From IMG/VR virus record IMGVR_UViG_3300029763_000196: DNA of 64,000 bases; one strand, given 5' to 3'. This DNA is from a virus. Under the pieces are notes generated by a model that was not told the origin of the DNA, ran no database searches, and saw only the letters and a list, made by a program, of their open reading frames with translations. Below are positions 28,503-37,546 of this stretch, in pieces. Within the stretch, counting starts at the first letter, position 1, and every line of letters begins with the position of its first letter. Both the position numbers and the translations under genes were made by a program.

Positions 28503-29513
28503 TTGTCACAAAATCAAACGAGCGAAATGGGCAAATTAACCTTTGTATTACATGATGAGTCGGTGAACACCTACGGTTTTAGGATGCTCACCAGCGGAGC
28601 CAATTTGGAGGAGTTTAAAAAGAATCCCGTGATGCTTCTGAATCACGATGATTACTCCCTGCCGATTGGCCGGTGGGAAAATATACGTGTTGAGGGAGGT
28701 AAGATTTTAGCCGATGCCGTGTTCGATGAGGGAGATGCCCGTGCCGCAGAGGTAAAGCGTAAAGTTGAGAATGACTTTATCCGTATGGCCTCTATCGGTG
28801 CGTGGCCTCCGGAGGAGAAAAGCGATGCCTATGACCTGATGCTCCCCGGACAAACACTCCCTACCGTTACGAGATGGACGGTTCGGGAGGGCAGTGTCGT
28901 TACAATCGGAGCCAATCACAATGCGCTGGTATTCTATGACAGAGAGAGCAAACAGATTATCGACCTGAATGATAAGGGTAATCTTATCCGGTTGATAGAT
29001 CACAGTAATAACCCCAAAAAACAATTAAAAATGAGCGTACTTACAGGAGTATTGAAGCTGCAGGACTCTGCAAGCGAGGCGGAAATCGTAACCGCCATTC
29101 AGGGAATCATAGCCAATGCCGACCGTTTGGAAAAAGAGAACAAGACGTTGGCTGCCGCAATGGATAAAATGAACAAGGACAAAAAGGAATCTCAAAAGCA
29201 GGAGGCGATTACCCTGACTGATGCGGCCATCAAGGACGGACGTTATGATGCGAAAGGCCGTGATAACCTGCTGAACCTTTTCGATAAGGATTTCGAGGGA
29301 ACAAAGGCTATGCTGGCCGCTATCCCATGCCGGGCGACGGTAACCGGTCAGATCAACACGAATAAAGGAGCCGGTGTGACGCTTGGTGATTGGAAAGAAA
29401 AGTCATGGGATGAGTTGGATAAGGCCGGAAAGCTCGTTGAGCTGAAAGATGCCGCCCCGGACTTGTATAAGTCCAAGTTTAAGGAGCGTTTCGGCATCGA
29501 ACCGAATCTGTAA
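28503..29513 (+). CDS. prohead protease/scaffold protein
   Basis: 336 aa; N-terminal protease-like region then long coiled-coil scaffold-like C-terminus; immediately upstream of capsid gene. Confidence 0.45.
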   Translation: MSQNQTSEMGKLTFVLHDESVNTYGFRMLTSGANLEEFKKNPVMLLNHDDYSLPIGRWENIRVEGGKILADAVFDEGDARAAEVKRKVENDFIRMASIGAWPPEEKSDAYDLMLPGQTLPTVTRWTVREGSVVTIGANHNALVFYDRESKQIIDLNDKGNLIRLIDHSNNPKKQLKMSVLTGVLKLQDSASEAEIVTAIQGIIANADRLEKENKTLAAAMDKMNKDKKESQKQEAITLTDAAIKDGRYDAKGRDNLLNLFDKDFEGTKAMLAAIPCRATVTGQINTNKGAGVTLGDWKEKSWDELDKAGKLVELKDAAPDLYKSKFKERFGIEPNL

Positions 29514-29540
29514 TTATTAACCAGTAAAACAAGAATAGAA

Positions 29541-30452
29541 ATGGCAATTCAGAAAGAAATTTGGATGGCGGCTATCGTGGAGGGTTTGTTTGCCTCCAAT
29601 AGCTTCCTGAGCAAGGCGTTCAACGCCGATGAGTACGTGAACAACGGAAAAATTGTTCACATTCCGAATGCCGGTGCAGCATCCGGAACCAAGAAAAACC
29701 GAACCGAACTTCCCGCTAAGGTAACCAAAAGAACGGATATCGATGTGACGTTCCCGCTGGATGAATACACCACTGATCCGGTACTTATCCCTAACGCCGA
29801 CACGGTGGAACTCAGCTATGACAAACGGGAGTCCGTCCTGCGTCAGGATAAACTCAAACTGCAGGATGATGTGGCACTCGATTTCGTTTTCAACTGGAGT
29901 CCTGCTGCCGCACAGTGCATTGAAACCACCGGTACGGAGATCGATGCCTACACGGATAAGGCTACCGGCAAACGTAAAGGTATCTGCAAGGCAGACGTGT
30001 TGGGCTTGATGACCAAGTTCAATAATGATGATATCCCGCAGGAGGGGCGTTATTTGCTGCTGGATGCGCAGATGTACTCCCAGCTGTTGAACAGCCTGAC
30101 GGAGAACGAGAACACGGCGTTCCTCGCTTCTGCTGATGCGCAGAACGGTATCCTCGGTAAGCTGTTCAGCTTTAATATCATGATGCGCAGCAGGGTTGCC
30201 CTTTATACTGCGGACAAAGCTCCCAAAGCGTGGAGTGCCGCCGGTGCAGCCACCGACCTCGCCGCCGGGCTTGCATGGCACGAGCAAAGTGTCTGCCGTG
30301 CGCTGGGTGAGGTGAAAGCGTTCGAAAACGAGGGTGACGCAACCTATTACGGTGATATTTATTCATTCCTTGTACGTGCCGGTGGCCGTATCATGCGTGA
30401 AGATAAAAAGGGTGTAATCGCTTTAGTGCAGGGAACTCCTGTAGCAGGATAG
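29541..30452 (+). CDS. major capsid protein
   Basis: 303 aa, position after protease/scaffold, SD aagaatagaaATG. Confidence 0.5.
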   Translation: MAIQKEIWMAAIVEGLFASNSFLSKAFNADEYVNNGKIVHIPNAGAASGTKKNRTELPAKVTKRTDIDVTFPLDEYTTDPVLIPNADTVELSYDKRESVLRQDKLKLQDDVALDFVFNWSPAAAQCIETTGTEIDAYTDKATGKRKGICKADVLGLMTKFNNDDIPQEGRYLLLDAQMYSQLLNSLTENENTAFLASADAQNGILGKLFSFNIMMRSRVALYTADKAPKAWSAAGAATDLAAGLAWHEQSVCRALGEVKAFENEGDATYYGDIYSFLVRAGGRIMREDKKGVIALVQGTPVAG

Positions 30453-30456
30453 AGTT

Positions 30457-30921
30457 ATGGCAGAATTGAAATATTTGGTAATCCACTGTACCGCCACGCC
30501 TCAAGGCCGTAAGGTAACGGGTAACGATATCAGAGCATGGCACACGAACCCGATAAGCAAGGGTGGCCGTGGTTGGAAGCAGGTAGGATATACCGATATG
30601 TTTCACCTTGATGGAACGGTGGAGCGATTGGCCCGGAACAACGAGGACGCACGGGTGGATCCGTGGGAGATTACCAATGGGGCAAAAGGGTACAATTCCA
30701 TTTCCCGGCACATTGTGTACGTTGGCGGTGTGGCCGCTGACGGGAAGACTCCCGAGGACACCCGTACTCCCGGCCAGCTGAAAGCGTTGGAGGATTACGT
30801 GAAAGACTTCCACCGCCGTTTCCCACGGGTGAGAATCATCGGTCATAACGAGATTGCGACCAAGGCGTGCCCGTCATTCGACGTTCAGGCATGGCTCAGG
30901 AAAATAGGCATTAACCAATAA
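30457..30921 (+). CDS. N-acetylmuramoyl-L-alanine amidase endolysin (AmpD/PGRP amidase_2 fold)
   Basis: LVIHCTATP ... H...C zinc-ligand pattern (IIGHNEIATKACP) typical of amidase_2. Confidence 0.75.
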   Translation: MAELKYLVIHCTATPQGRKVTGNDIRAWHTNPISKGGRGWKQVGYTDMFHLDGTVERLARNNEDARVDPWEITNGAKGYNSISRHIVYVGGVAADGKTPEDTRTPGQLKALEDYVKDFHRRFPRVRIIGHNEIATKACPSFDVQAWLRKIGINQ

Positions 30922-30933
30922 CAAAGCAAAGAG

Positions 30934-31503
30934 ATGGACGGTCTGATGGATTTTTTAATGTTCGCCCTGCCGGGTGGTTTTATCGGTAGCATCTTCACGT
31001 GGTTTGTTGGCCGTAGAAAGCAGAACAATGATATGCTCTCCCAGCTTCAGGCGTCCATCAATATGCTCAGTAGTGAGAACCGGAAGATATTGGATGAGAA
31101 TATCCAGCTCCGCAGGGAGAATGCCGACCTGAAAGCGAATCAGGAGGAGATGATCCAAAAGCTCTCCCGCCTGACCAAAGAGGTGGAGAGGTTAAGAAAA
31201 GTAATCAATAAACAAACAGGAAATGATGAGAAACCTAATCCGAGGGGCAACCCTCGCACTAATTATAGCCGTGTTCATCCTGACTGGGTGTGCCACGGCG
31301 AAGCTAACCAAGAACCGGCAGTCGCACACGCTGACGGAACAGACGAAAAGCGGAACTACCACCGGAGTAACCGGAGAGCAGTCAGACGTGACGGCTCAGA
31401 GGACGGGGGAGCTACTGCAGGGACAGACGATAACCGCCCTGACACGGGAGGGGATCCCGGAATCGGAGGCGAAAGTGGATGTTCCGATACAGAACCTCCT
31501 TAA
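30934..31503 (+). CDS. i-spanin-like protein (N-terminal TM + coiled coil); C-terminal part overlaps next gene out of frame
   Basis: FLMFALPGGFIGSIFTWFVG helix then LQASINMLSSENRKILDENIQLRRENADLKANQEEMIQKLSRLTKEVERLRK coiled coil. Confidence 0.4.
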   Translation: MDGLMDFLMFALPGGFIGSIFTWFVGRRKQNNDMLSQLQASINMLSSENRKILDENIQLRRENADLKANQEEMIQKLSRLTKEVERLRKVINKQTGNDEKPNPRGNPRTNYSRVHPDWVCHGEANQEPAVAHADGTDEKRNYHRSNRRAVRRDGSEDGGATAGTDDNRPDTGGDPGIGGESGCSDTEPP

Positions 31504-31870
31504 CTTGCCGGACGGTGCTGGCTACACGGCCAAAGACGGTCAGGCATCGGTAAGCGTGCAAAGGCATGGCGATAACATCACGGTTACCGGCAAATGTGAC
31601 TCTATCGCCCGGCAATGCCTTTTCTACGAGCGTGAGGTGTTCCGACAGCGTAGCGAGGTGGATAGCTTGAAGCGGGTTATTTCCCGGATGGAGCAGACAG
31701 CCAGCCAGAGTGATGAATTCTATAATGAGGACAGCGATGCCGTTCAAAACATTAAGGAAAAGCCTCCTGCTACATGGTATAAATGGTTATTGGTGGGTTT
31801 CGTGGCCAGTCTATTGCTTACTTCCCCGCTAAAGAAGCTAAAGAATAGAGTATTAACTTTTATAAAATAA
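31223..31870 (+). CDS. lipoprotein (o-spanin-like) starting inside the preceding gene in another frame
   Basis: signal peptide plus lipobox LTGC; C-terminal hydrophobic segment WLLVGFVASLLL. Confidence 0.4.
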   Translation: MMRNLIRGATLALIIAVFILTGCATAKLTKNRQSHTLTEQTKSGTTTGVTGEQSDVTAQRTGELLQGQTITALTREGIPESEAKVDVPIQNLLNLPDGAGYTAKDGQASVSVQRHGDNITVTGKCDSIARQCLFYEREVFRQRSEVDSLKRVISRMEQTASQSDEFYNEDSDAVQNIKEKPPATWYKWLLVGFVASLLLTSPLKKLKNRVLTFIK

Positions 31871-31876
31871 AGAACA

Positions 31877-32614
31877 ATGTCAAAAGTTTATGTGAATGAC
31901 GGATATATGATGCTCCTTGATGCGATCTATTTCGATGGAAAGAAAATCGGCAATGTTTCAGAGGATGGCATCGATTGGGGTGGTGATGCGGCTGAGTATA
32001 TCAAGCTCTTTGCCGCACAGGTACGCAATGCCCCGGTAAAGAAAATCAAGAAAAAGGATGCCACCAACCTGTTAAAGTTCACCCTGATAGAACTTGTTCC
32101 CCAAAACTGTAAGGACGTGATGGGCGGTGAGGTGAACGGTACGAAATGGGAAGCTCCCTCGGAGTCCGTCTCGTTGGAGGGTTCGCTTAAGATCCTTTGT
32201 GGAACCGGTCAGACCGTGGAGGTGAAACGCATGACGCTGGACGGTGCAGTCCGTGGCAAGATTGGCGGTGATGATCCGCTGGGTATCGAGTGTGAGATGG
32301 AGATGATGAAACCGCTGGACGGTAGCTCTCCTTTCAGTTTTGATGATACGGCTCCGTTTATCTCCGTAACGCCCACCTCTTTGTCATTCGTCAAAGGTGG
32401 AGAGAAAAAGACGGTGGATATCGAAGCCTCCGGAGCGTTCTCGGTTGGAAAGGTTCCCGCCGGTTTCAGTCTTGAGGTTGTAAACGGCAGGATCACCATC
32501 ACGGCGGATGCCAATACCGGAGCTGTAAGGAACGGAACGGTAGAGTTTACCCTTGCAGCTGATAATACCCAAAAAGCCACTCTCACGTTGAGTCAGGCAG
32601 CCGGAAATGCGTAA
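31877..32614 (+). CDS. major tail protein with C-terminal Ig-like domain
   Basis: 245 aa, position before chaperones and tape measure; C-terminal beta-rich Ig-like region. Confidence 0.45.
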   Translation: MSKVYVNDGYMMLLDAIYFDGKKIGNVSEDGIDWGGDAAEYIKLFAAQVRNAPVKKIKKKDATNLLKFTLIELVPQNCKDVMGGEVNGTKWEAPSESVSLEGSLKILCGTGQTVEVKRMTLDGAVRGKIGGDDPLGIECEMEMMKPLDGSSPFSFDDTAPFISVTPTSLSFVKGGEKKTVDIEASGAFSVGKVPAGFSLEVVNGRITITADANTGAVRNGTVEFTLAADNTQKATLTLSQAAGNA

Positions 32615-32617
32615 CCC

Positions 32618-33097
32618 ATGAGAAAGAACGTGGAAATAGAGGCAGCGGAGGCTCTGCTTGACGTGGGGGTTTCCCTGCCTTTTTTGCAGTTTAAGATGCC
32701 ATTCAGAAAGAAACCGGTATCGATCAGGGTAACCATGAAACGTCCCTGCTTGGGGAGTCAGATCCGGATCGCAAGGCTATACCTGCAGTTGGGTATCACA
32801 TACGAGGAGATGGAGCAGTTCAACAAGCATGAGGAGATAGCGTTCCTTGCCATTCATGGCAAACGTGTTTCCAAGATGGTATCCCTGACCATCTGCCGTG
32901 GGGCGGTTTCCGGTCTATTGTTTTCCGGTATTGTCGCATGGCTCTTGAGATGGTTTGTTCCTGACAAGTACCTGCAGGGTGCTAACCAGCGTTTTGTCAC
33001 TTTGCTTGGTACAAAGTCTTTTATGCGTATTATCGAATCGGTTCAGATATCCAATCCACTGAAACCGAGAGAGAGCCAAAAAAGAAAGGGGAGTTAA
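32618..33097 (+). CDS. tail assembly chaperone (G-like)
   Basis: position immediately upstream of tape measure; A-rich stretch CCAAAAAAGAAAGG at its 3' end and downstream ORF in -1 frame. Confidence 0.35.
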   Translation: MRKNVEIEAAEALLDVGVSLPFLQFKMPFRKKPVSIRVTMKRPCLGSQIRIARLYLQLGITYEEMEQFNKHEEIAFLAIHGKRVSKMVSLTICRGAVSGLLFSGIVAWLLRWFVPDKYLQGANQRFVTLLGTKSFMRIIESVQISNPLKPRESQKRKGS

Positions 33098-33135
33098 GAA
33101 CGAAATATGTCGGATCCCATAGCCCCTTTGGTATA

Positions 33136-33336
33136 GTGTGGCAGATAGCTGCGGCCACCGGCTGGAGTGTAAAATACATTCTTTGGGGTGTCAATTACCA
33201 AACCCTCCGGATGATGCTTGCCGATGCGCCACATTACGAGAAAGAGAATGATAACAACCGAACCGGAAGCAAAGGCGGTAAAGGGAAACCTAAAAGCCTT
33301 TCCGGATTTTTCCAATCACGATTGAAAGAACAATGA
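33136..33336 (+). CDS. possible frameshift extension (T-like) of tail chaperone
   Basis: -1 frame relative to 32618..33097 stays open back into the upstream gene end. Confidence 0.25.
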   Translation: MWQIAAATGWSVKYILWGVNYQTLRMMLADAPHYEKENDNNRTGSKGGKGKPKSLSGFFQSRLKEQ

Positions 33337-36300
33337 AACCCGTTGAGATAGAATTCATAATGAGAGACAAGCTCTCTCCCGGCATTGACAAGGCGGGCAA
33401 GTCCGCCGAAACGCTGGGAGATAAGGCCGAGCAGGTGTCTAAAAACATCACAGACCGTATTGCCGCCCAAAAAGAGCAGATCAAGTATGTTGAATCCTGT
33501 CTCAAGGATTTAAAGAAGCAGTACGACAACCTCGCACCCGGAAAGGCGCAGCTGGAGATGCGTGCGGAGATAGATGCCTGTACCAAAGCCCTGCAGGAGG
33601 ACAAGAACATACTCTCCTCCCTTGAAGCGGAGCATGACAAGGCAGCCGTTTCCACCAAACGTCTTTCGATGCAGCTCCGGGAGATGCAGGATGCGATGGC
33701 TCGCCTGCGTTTGGAGGGCAAACAGAACACCAAAGAGTATGCGGATATGGCCGATAAAGCCGCCGTATTAGCCGATACGATCGGTGACCTGCGTACCCAA
33801 ACGAATATTCTCGCCAATGATGATGCAGCCTTGCAGGGAGTGATGAGCGGTGTGAATGGCTTGTCCGGTCTGTTCACGACCGCCACCGGTGTCATGGGGA
33901 TTTTCGCCTCGGAAAACGAGGATCTGATAAAGATACAAACCCGTGTGCAGAGCGTCATGGCCGTCACTATGGGGCTGCAGCAAGTCATGAATACCCTGAA
34001 CAAGGACTCCGCTTTCCGGCTGGTCACCGTTGTCAAGATGAAAAAGCTGCTGACGGCGGCCAATACAAAGTTGGCCGTGTCATTGGGCATCTCCAATGCG
34101 GCTGCCACCGCTTTGATGGCCACCCTTACGCTGGGGCTTTCCGCCGTTATAACGGGGCTTATCGTGCTTTGGGATAAATACAGCGATGCTCAGGAGGCAG
34201 CGGCGGAAAAGGCCAAAGAACGGGTTAAAATAGAAAGTGACGGGCGTTCCCAAATGATCAAAACCCGCTTTGAGATAGAGAATACCACGAAAAGCCTGAA
34301 AGACTTTACCGGTAGCAAGGAGCAGGAAAAGGCCAAAGTTGAGGAGTTGAACCGGAAATACGGCGAGAGCTTCGGATATTACAATACCGTTGCCGAGTGG
34401 TATGATGTGCTGATCCAAAAGAGTGATGACTATATCCAAATGCTTTTCCTGCAGGCGAAAGCCCAAAGTCTTGTTAACAAGGCCGTGGAAGCGGACGAAA
34501 CGGTGAACGAGGTAAAAGCCACTCCTGAATCCGATGTCGAGGGTTCGATGGGCTGGTTCTCTAAAATGGGGCTTTATATGGCTCAAAGCGAGTCTTACGG
34601 TCAGATTGACGCTCAGGCGTTGATAGAGAAACATAATAAGGAGGCCAAGGATGCAGCCGTAAAAGCCGCCGAGGAGCAGCGGGACGCTTATTTGGAGGAA
34701 GCAAAGAAGCTGCAGGAGGAATATGCCGAGCTGGGAAAGAAATCCGGTATCGGCGGGTTCGTGGCTCCTGAGAACAACAAGGATAAAGCGAAACCGGCCA
34801 ACAACCTTGCCGAGTTAGAACTGAAAGCCCGTCAAAAGATAGAGGATCAGCGTATCGCCATCCTGAAAGAGGGATATGACAAGGAGCGTGAGGAGGCATC
34901 GTTGAACTTTGAGCGGGAGAAAGAGCGTATCAACCGTGAGGAGCAACAGCGCATTGAACTTTATAACAAGCTGAAAGCCGCCGGGGAAAAAGTTACTCCT
35001 GAGCAGCTTGCCAATATCTCGGCACAGGCCGCAACCCAGCGTATACAGGCTGCACAGATATATGATGCCACCGTTGCAGAGATTGACGGTAAGGAGAAAA
35101 AGGATAACGAGGAGAAAAAGAAGAAACAGCAGGAAACCCTGCAGGAACTTCTGACTAAATATCGTGACTATGAGGCACAGCGTGCGGCTATAAAGAAACA
35201 AGGTGATAATGATATCGCTAAATTGGAGGCGGAGCGGACTGAGGCAAACTCGGCGGAGATTGACCGGGCGATAGCCGTCGCAAGAGAAAAGGTAAAACAA
35301 GGCATCCAATCAGTGAATGATGCGGAGGCTGACAGTATCTCAAAGGACAATGATTTCTTTAAAAAGCTCTTTGGGGATTATTCTTCCATGTCTTTCGACT
35401 CACTGCAGAAACTTATCTCACAGGCGAAGCAGTTGCGTGCATATTTATCCGGCAAGGGAGATGCGAAAGGTATCACGTTCATCTCTCCGGATCAACTGAA
35501 AAACATAGAGAAAAGTCCGGCAGAACTTGAAAAGCTGAAAAAAGCCCTTGATAAACTGCTCGATACCGGCAAGGGAGGCAATAATAAGTGGGAGAACATC
35601 TTCAAGACATTTGAGGAAGGCTTTGCCGAACTCAAAGGTGCGAAAGGAGCCAAAGAGGTGTCCGGCGCAATCGGTACGATCAGCGGGGCTGCGTCCGAGG
35701 CGGCTGGTGAACTTGCCAATATGTTTGACCAGATGGGTAACACCGAGGTTGCCGATGCCCTGAACGGTATGCAGCAGGTGATGGGGGCGGTTTCCAATAT
35801 CGGACAAGGTTTCGCCAAGGGTGGCTTGATCGGTGGCATCGGTGCGGCTATCGGTGAGGCCGCAAATTTCCTGACCTCGGCCTTTGCTGCGGAAGCCCGC
35901 CACAAGGAGGCTCTAAAAGAGATTGAAAAGGCTAAGCTCGATTTCCAGCGGCAATACAACCTCTTACTGCTGGAGCAGAACCTTTTGCTCGAAAAGGCGG
36001 AGAATATATTCGGGGAGCGTCAGGTAGCAAAGGCCGCCAATGCGATAGAGGTCTATCGTGATGCCCTCTCGCAATTCAAGGAAGAACTGGCCGGTGACGC
36101 TCCCACCATGAACTGGATAGAGCGCATGACGGGTGATTTTGCCGGAACCTACCGCAAACGGCTGGAGAACTATCAGAAAGGTTTTGGCGGGTTGAACGAT
36201 GCGCAGATCGTTACGGGACATAAAAAAACGGGATTGTTCGGCTGGGGAAAAGGAAAGGATGTTTATAGCGGGATCCTTGATGTTTACCCTGAACTGATAA

Positions 36301-37058
36301 AGGCCAACGGCGAGCTGGATACGGAGATGCTCCAAGTCATTCTCGATACCCGTAAGATGAGCGATGAAACCCGGAACTATCTTGAGAACCTGATCGACCT
36401 GAAAGATGCGATGGACGAGGCGGAACAGGCTTTGGAGGATTATCTGCAGGAAACGTTCGGGAGCCTCGGTCAGGGAATGCTCGACTCTATCACTTCCGCC
36501 ATCAAGGGAAGCGGCACGGCATTGGAAAATTTTGCGGATCAGGCCGCTTCCGTGCTGGAGAACCTCGGAGAGCAGATCGCATATTCCCTGTTCTTTGCCG
36601 ATAAGTTCGATGACCTGCAGAAAAAGTTAAAGGCGGTATATGGAAGCGGTAAAAGTGAGGAACAGATTGCGGGTGATGCCATGCACCTGATCGATAGCTT
36701 TTATGACAATATCGGGAATAACGTTGATGCGGCTCAATCGTGGATGGAAGCGTGGAAAGACAAGGCCGCCGCTATGGGGTATGATCTTTGGAAAAACGAT
36801 GAGGAAAAGACTACCACCCAAAGCGGGCGTGCCGGTGCTTTCCAAACCCTCACACAGGATCAGGGTACAAAGCTGGAGGGATTGATGACCTCCCTGCAGA
36901 TGCACGATGCCTCCATCGATGAGAACGTGGAGAATATATCAGAGGGCATAGGCGGAGCATTGGAAACGATCGATAAGATAAAGACGAACACCGATGCCTT
37001 GCCAAAGATATACGATGAGATAAGGGATATCAAACAAAACGGTTTAAAGATGAAATGA
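33333..37058 (+). CDS. tail tape measure protein
   Basis: 1241 aa, extended coiled-coil/alpha-helical composition, Gly-rich TM-like segments, position. Confidence 0.8.
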   Translation: MKPVEIEFIMRDKLSPGIDKAGKSAETLGDKAEQVSKNITDRIAAQKEQIKYVESCLKDLKKQYDNLAPGKAQLEMRAEIDACTKALQEDKNILSSLEAEHDKAAVSTKRLSMQLREMQDAMARLRLEGKQNTKEYADMADKAAVLADTIGDLRTQTNILANDDAALQGVMSGVNGLSGLFTTATGVMGIFASENEDLIKIQTRVQSVMAVTMGLQQVMNTLNKDSAFRLVTVVKMKKLLTAANTKLAVSLGISNAAATALMATLTLGLSAVITGLIVLWDKYSDAQEAAAEKAKERVKIESDGRSQMIKTRFEIENTTKSLKDFTGSKEQEKAKVEELNRKYGESFGYYNTVAEWYDVLIQKSDDYIQMLFLQAKAQSLVNKAVEADETVNEVKATPESDVEGSMGWFSKMGLYMAQSESYGQIDAQALIEKHNKEAKDAAVKAAEEQRDAYLEEAKKLQEEYAELGKKSGIGGFVAPENNKDKAKPANNLAELELKARQKIEDQRIAILKEGYDKEREEASLNFEREKERINREEQQRIELYNKLKAAGEKVTPEQLANISAQAATQRIQAAQIYDATVAEIDGKEKKDNEEKKKKQQETLQELLTKYRDYEAQRAAIKKQGDNDIAKLEAERTEANSAEIDRAIAVAREKVKQGIQSVNDAEADSISKDNDFFKKLFGDYSSMSFDSLQKLISQAKQLRAYLSGKGDAKGITFISPDQLKNIEKSPAELEKLKKALDKLLDTGKGGNNKWENIFKTFEEGFAELKGAKGAKEVSGAIGTISGAASEAAGELANMFDQMGNTEVADALNGMQQVMGAVSNIGQGFAKGGLIGGIGAAIGEAANFLTSAFAAEARHKEALKEIEKAKLDFQRQYNLLLLEQNLLLEKAENIFGERQVAKAANAIEVYRDALSQFKEELAGDAPTMNWIERMTGDFAGTYRKRLENYQKGFGGLNDAQIVTGHKKTGLFGWGKGKDVYSGILDVYPELIKANGELDTEMLQVILDTRKMSDETRNYLENLIDLKDAMDEAEQALEDYLQETFGSLGQGMLDSITSAIKGSGTALENFADQAASVLENLGEQIAYSLFFADKFDDLQKKLKAVYGSGKSEEQIAGDAMHLIDSFYDNIGNNVDAAQSWMEAWKDKAAAMGYDLWKNDEEKTTTQSGRAGAFQTLTQDQGTKLEGLMTSLQMHDASIDENVENISEGIGGALETIDKIKTNTDALPKIYDEIRDIKQNGLKMK

Positions 37059-37516
37059 CAATGGATATTTTAAAAGGCTTGTTACTGATAAACGGGGTTG
37101 ATGTCTTTGTGGATTATGGGGCATTCCTCGCAGAGGAGAAAGCGGGTGATACCAAGAATTACTCCGCCCTGCTGAAACCGCCATCGGCAAAGCCGCACAC
37201 GGCTGTGTCATTCCGGGAAAAAGACGGGGAGAAACTGCCTGATGCGCTTTTACCCGCATGGGAGGCTCGTGATGTCACCCTGCAATTTGCGATCATAGCG
37301 GCAGACCGGGCGCAATTCCTGTCCCGTTATTCGTCATTCCTGAAATTTCTCAAGGCCGGTAATAAGGGATGGTTGACCATCAACCCACCGGAGCTTGGCA
37401 GGAGTTACCGGATGTATTACAAGGATTGCACGGATTACACCCAGCTGACCGATTTCGGGGGTGAGGTCATCGCAAAATTCAGCGTGAAATTTCGGGAACC
37501 GGTTCCCTCGTTATAG
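37055..37516 (+). CDS. distal tail protein
   Basis: position between TMP and tail fibre; 153 aa. Confidence 0.35.
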   Translation: MTMDILKGLLLINGVDVFVDYGAFLAEEKAGDTKNYSALLKPPSAKPHTAVSFREKDGEKLPDALLPAWEARDVTLQFAIIAADRAQFLSRYSSFLKFLKAGNKGWLTINPPELGRSYRMYYKDCTDYTQLTDFGGEVIAKFSVKFREPVPSL

Positions 37517-37546
37517 TATTCAAACATTATTCAAACAGCGTTCAAA

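Noticed and set aside
33574-36905. Many antisense and alternative-frame ORFs inside the tape-measure, fibre and portal genes listed in the six-frame track
   Set aside because: They are fully embedded in long, well-supported coding regions on the other strand or frame. Their composition is typical of shadow ORFs in GC-richer DNA.
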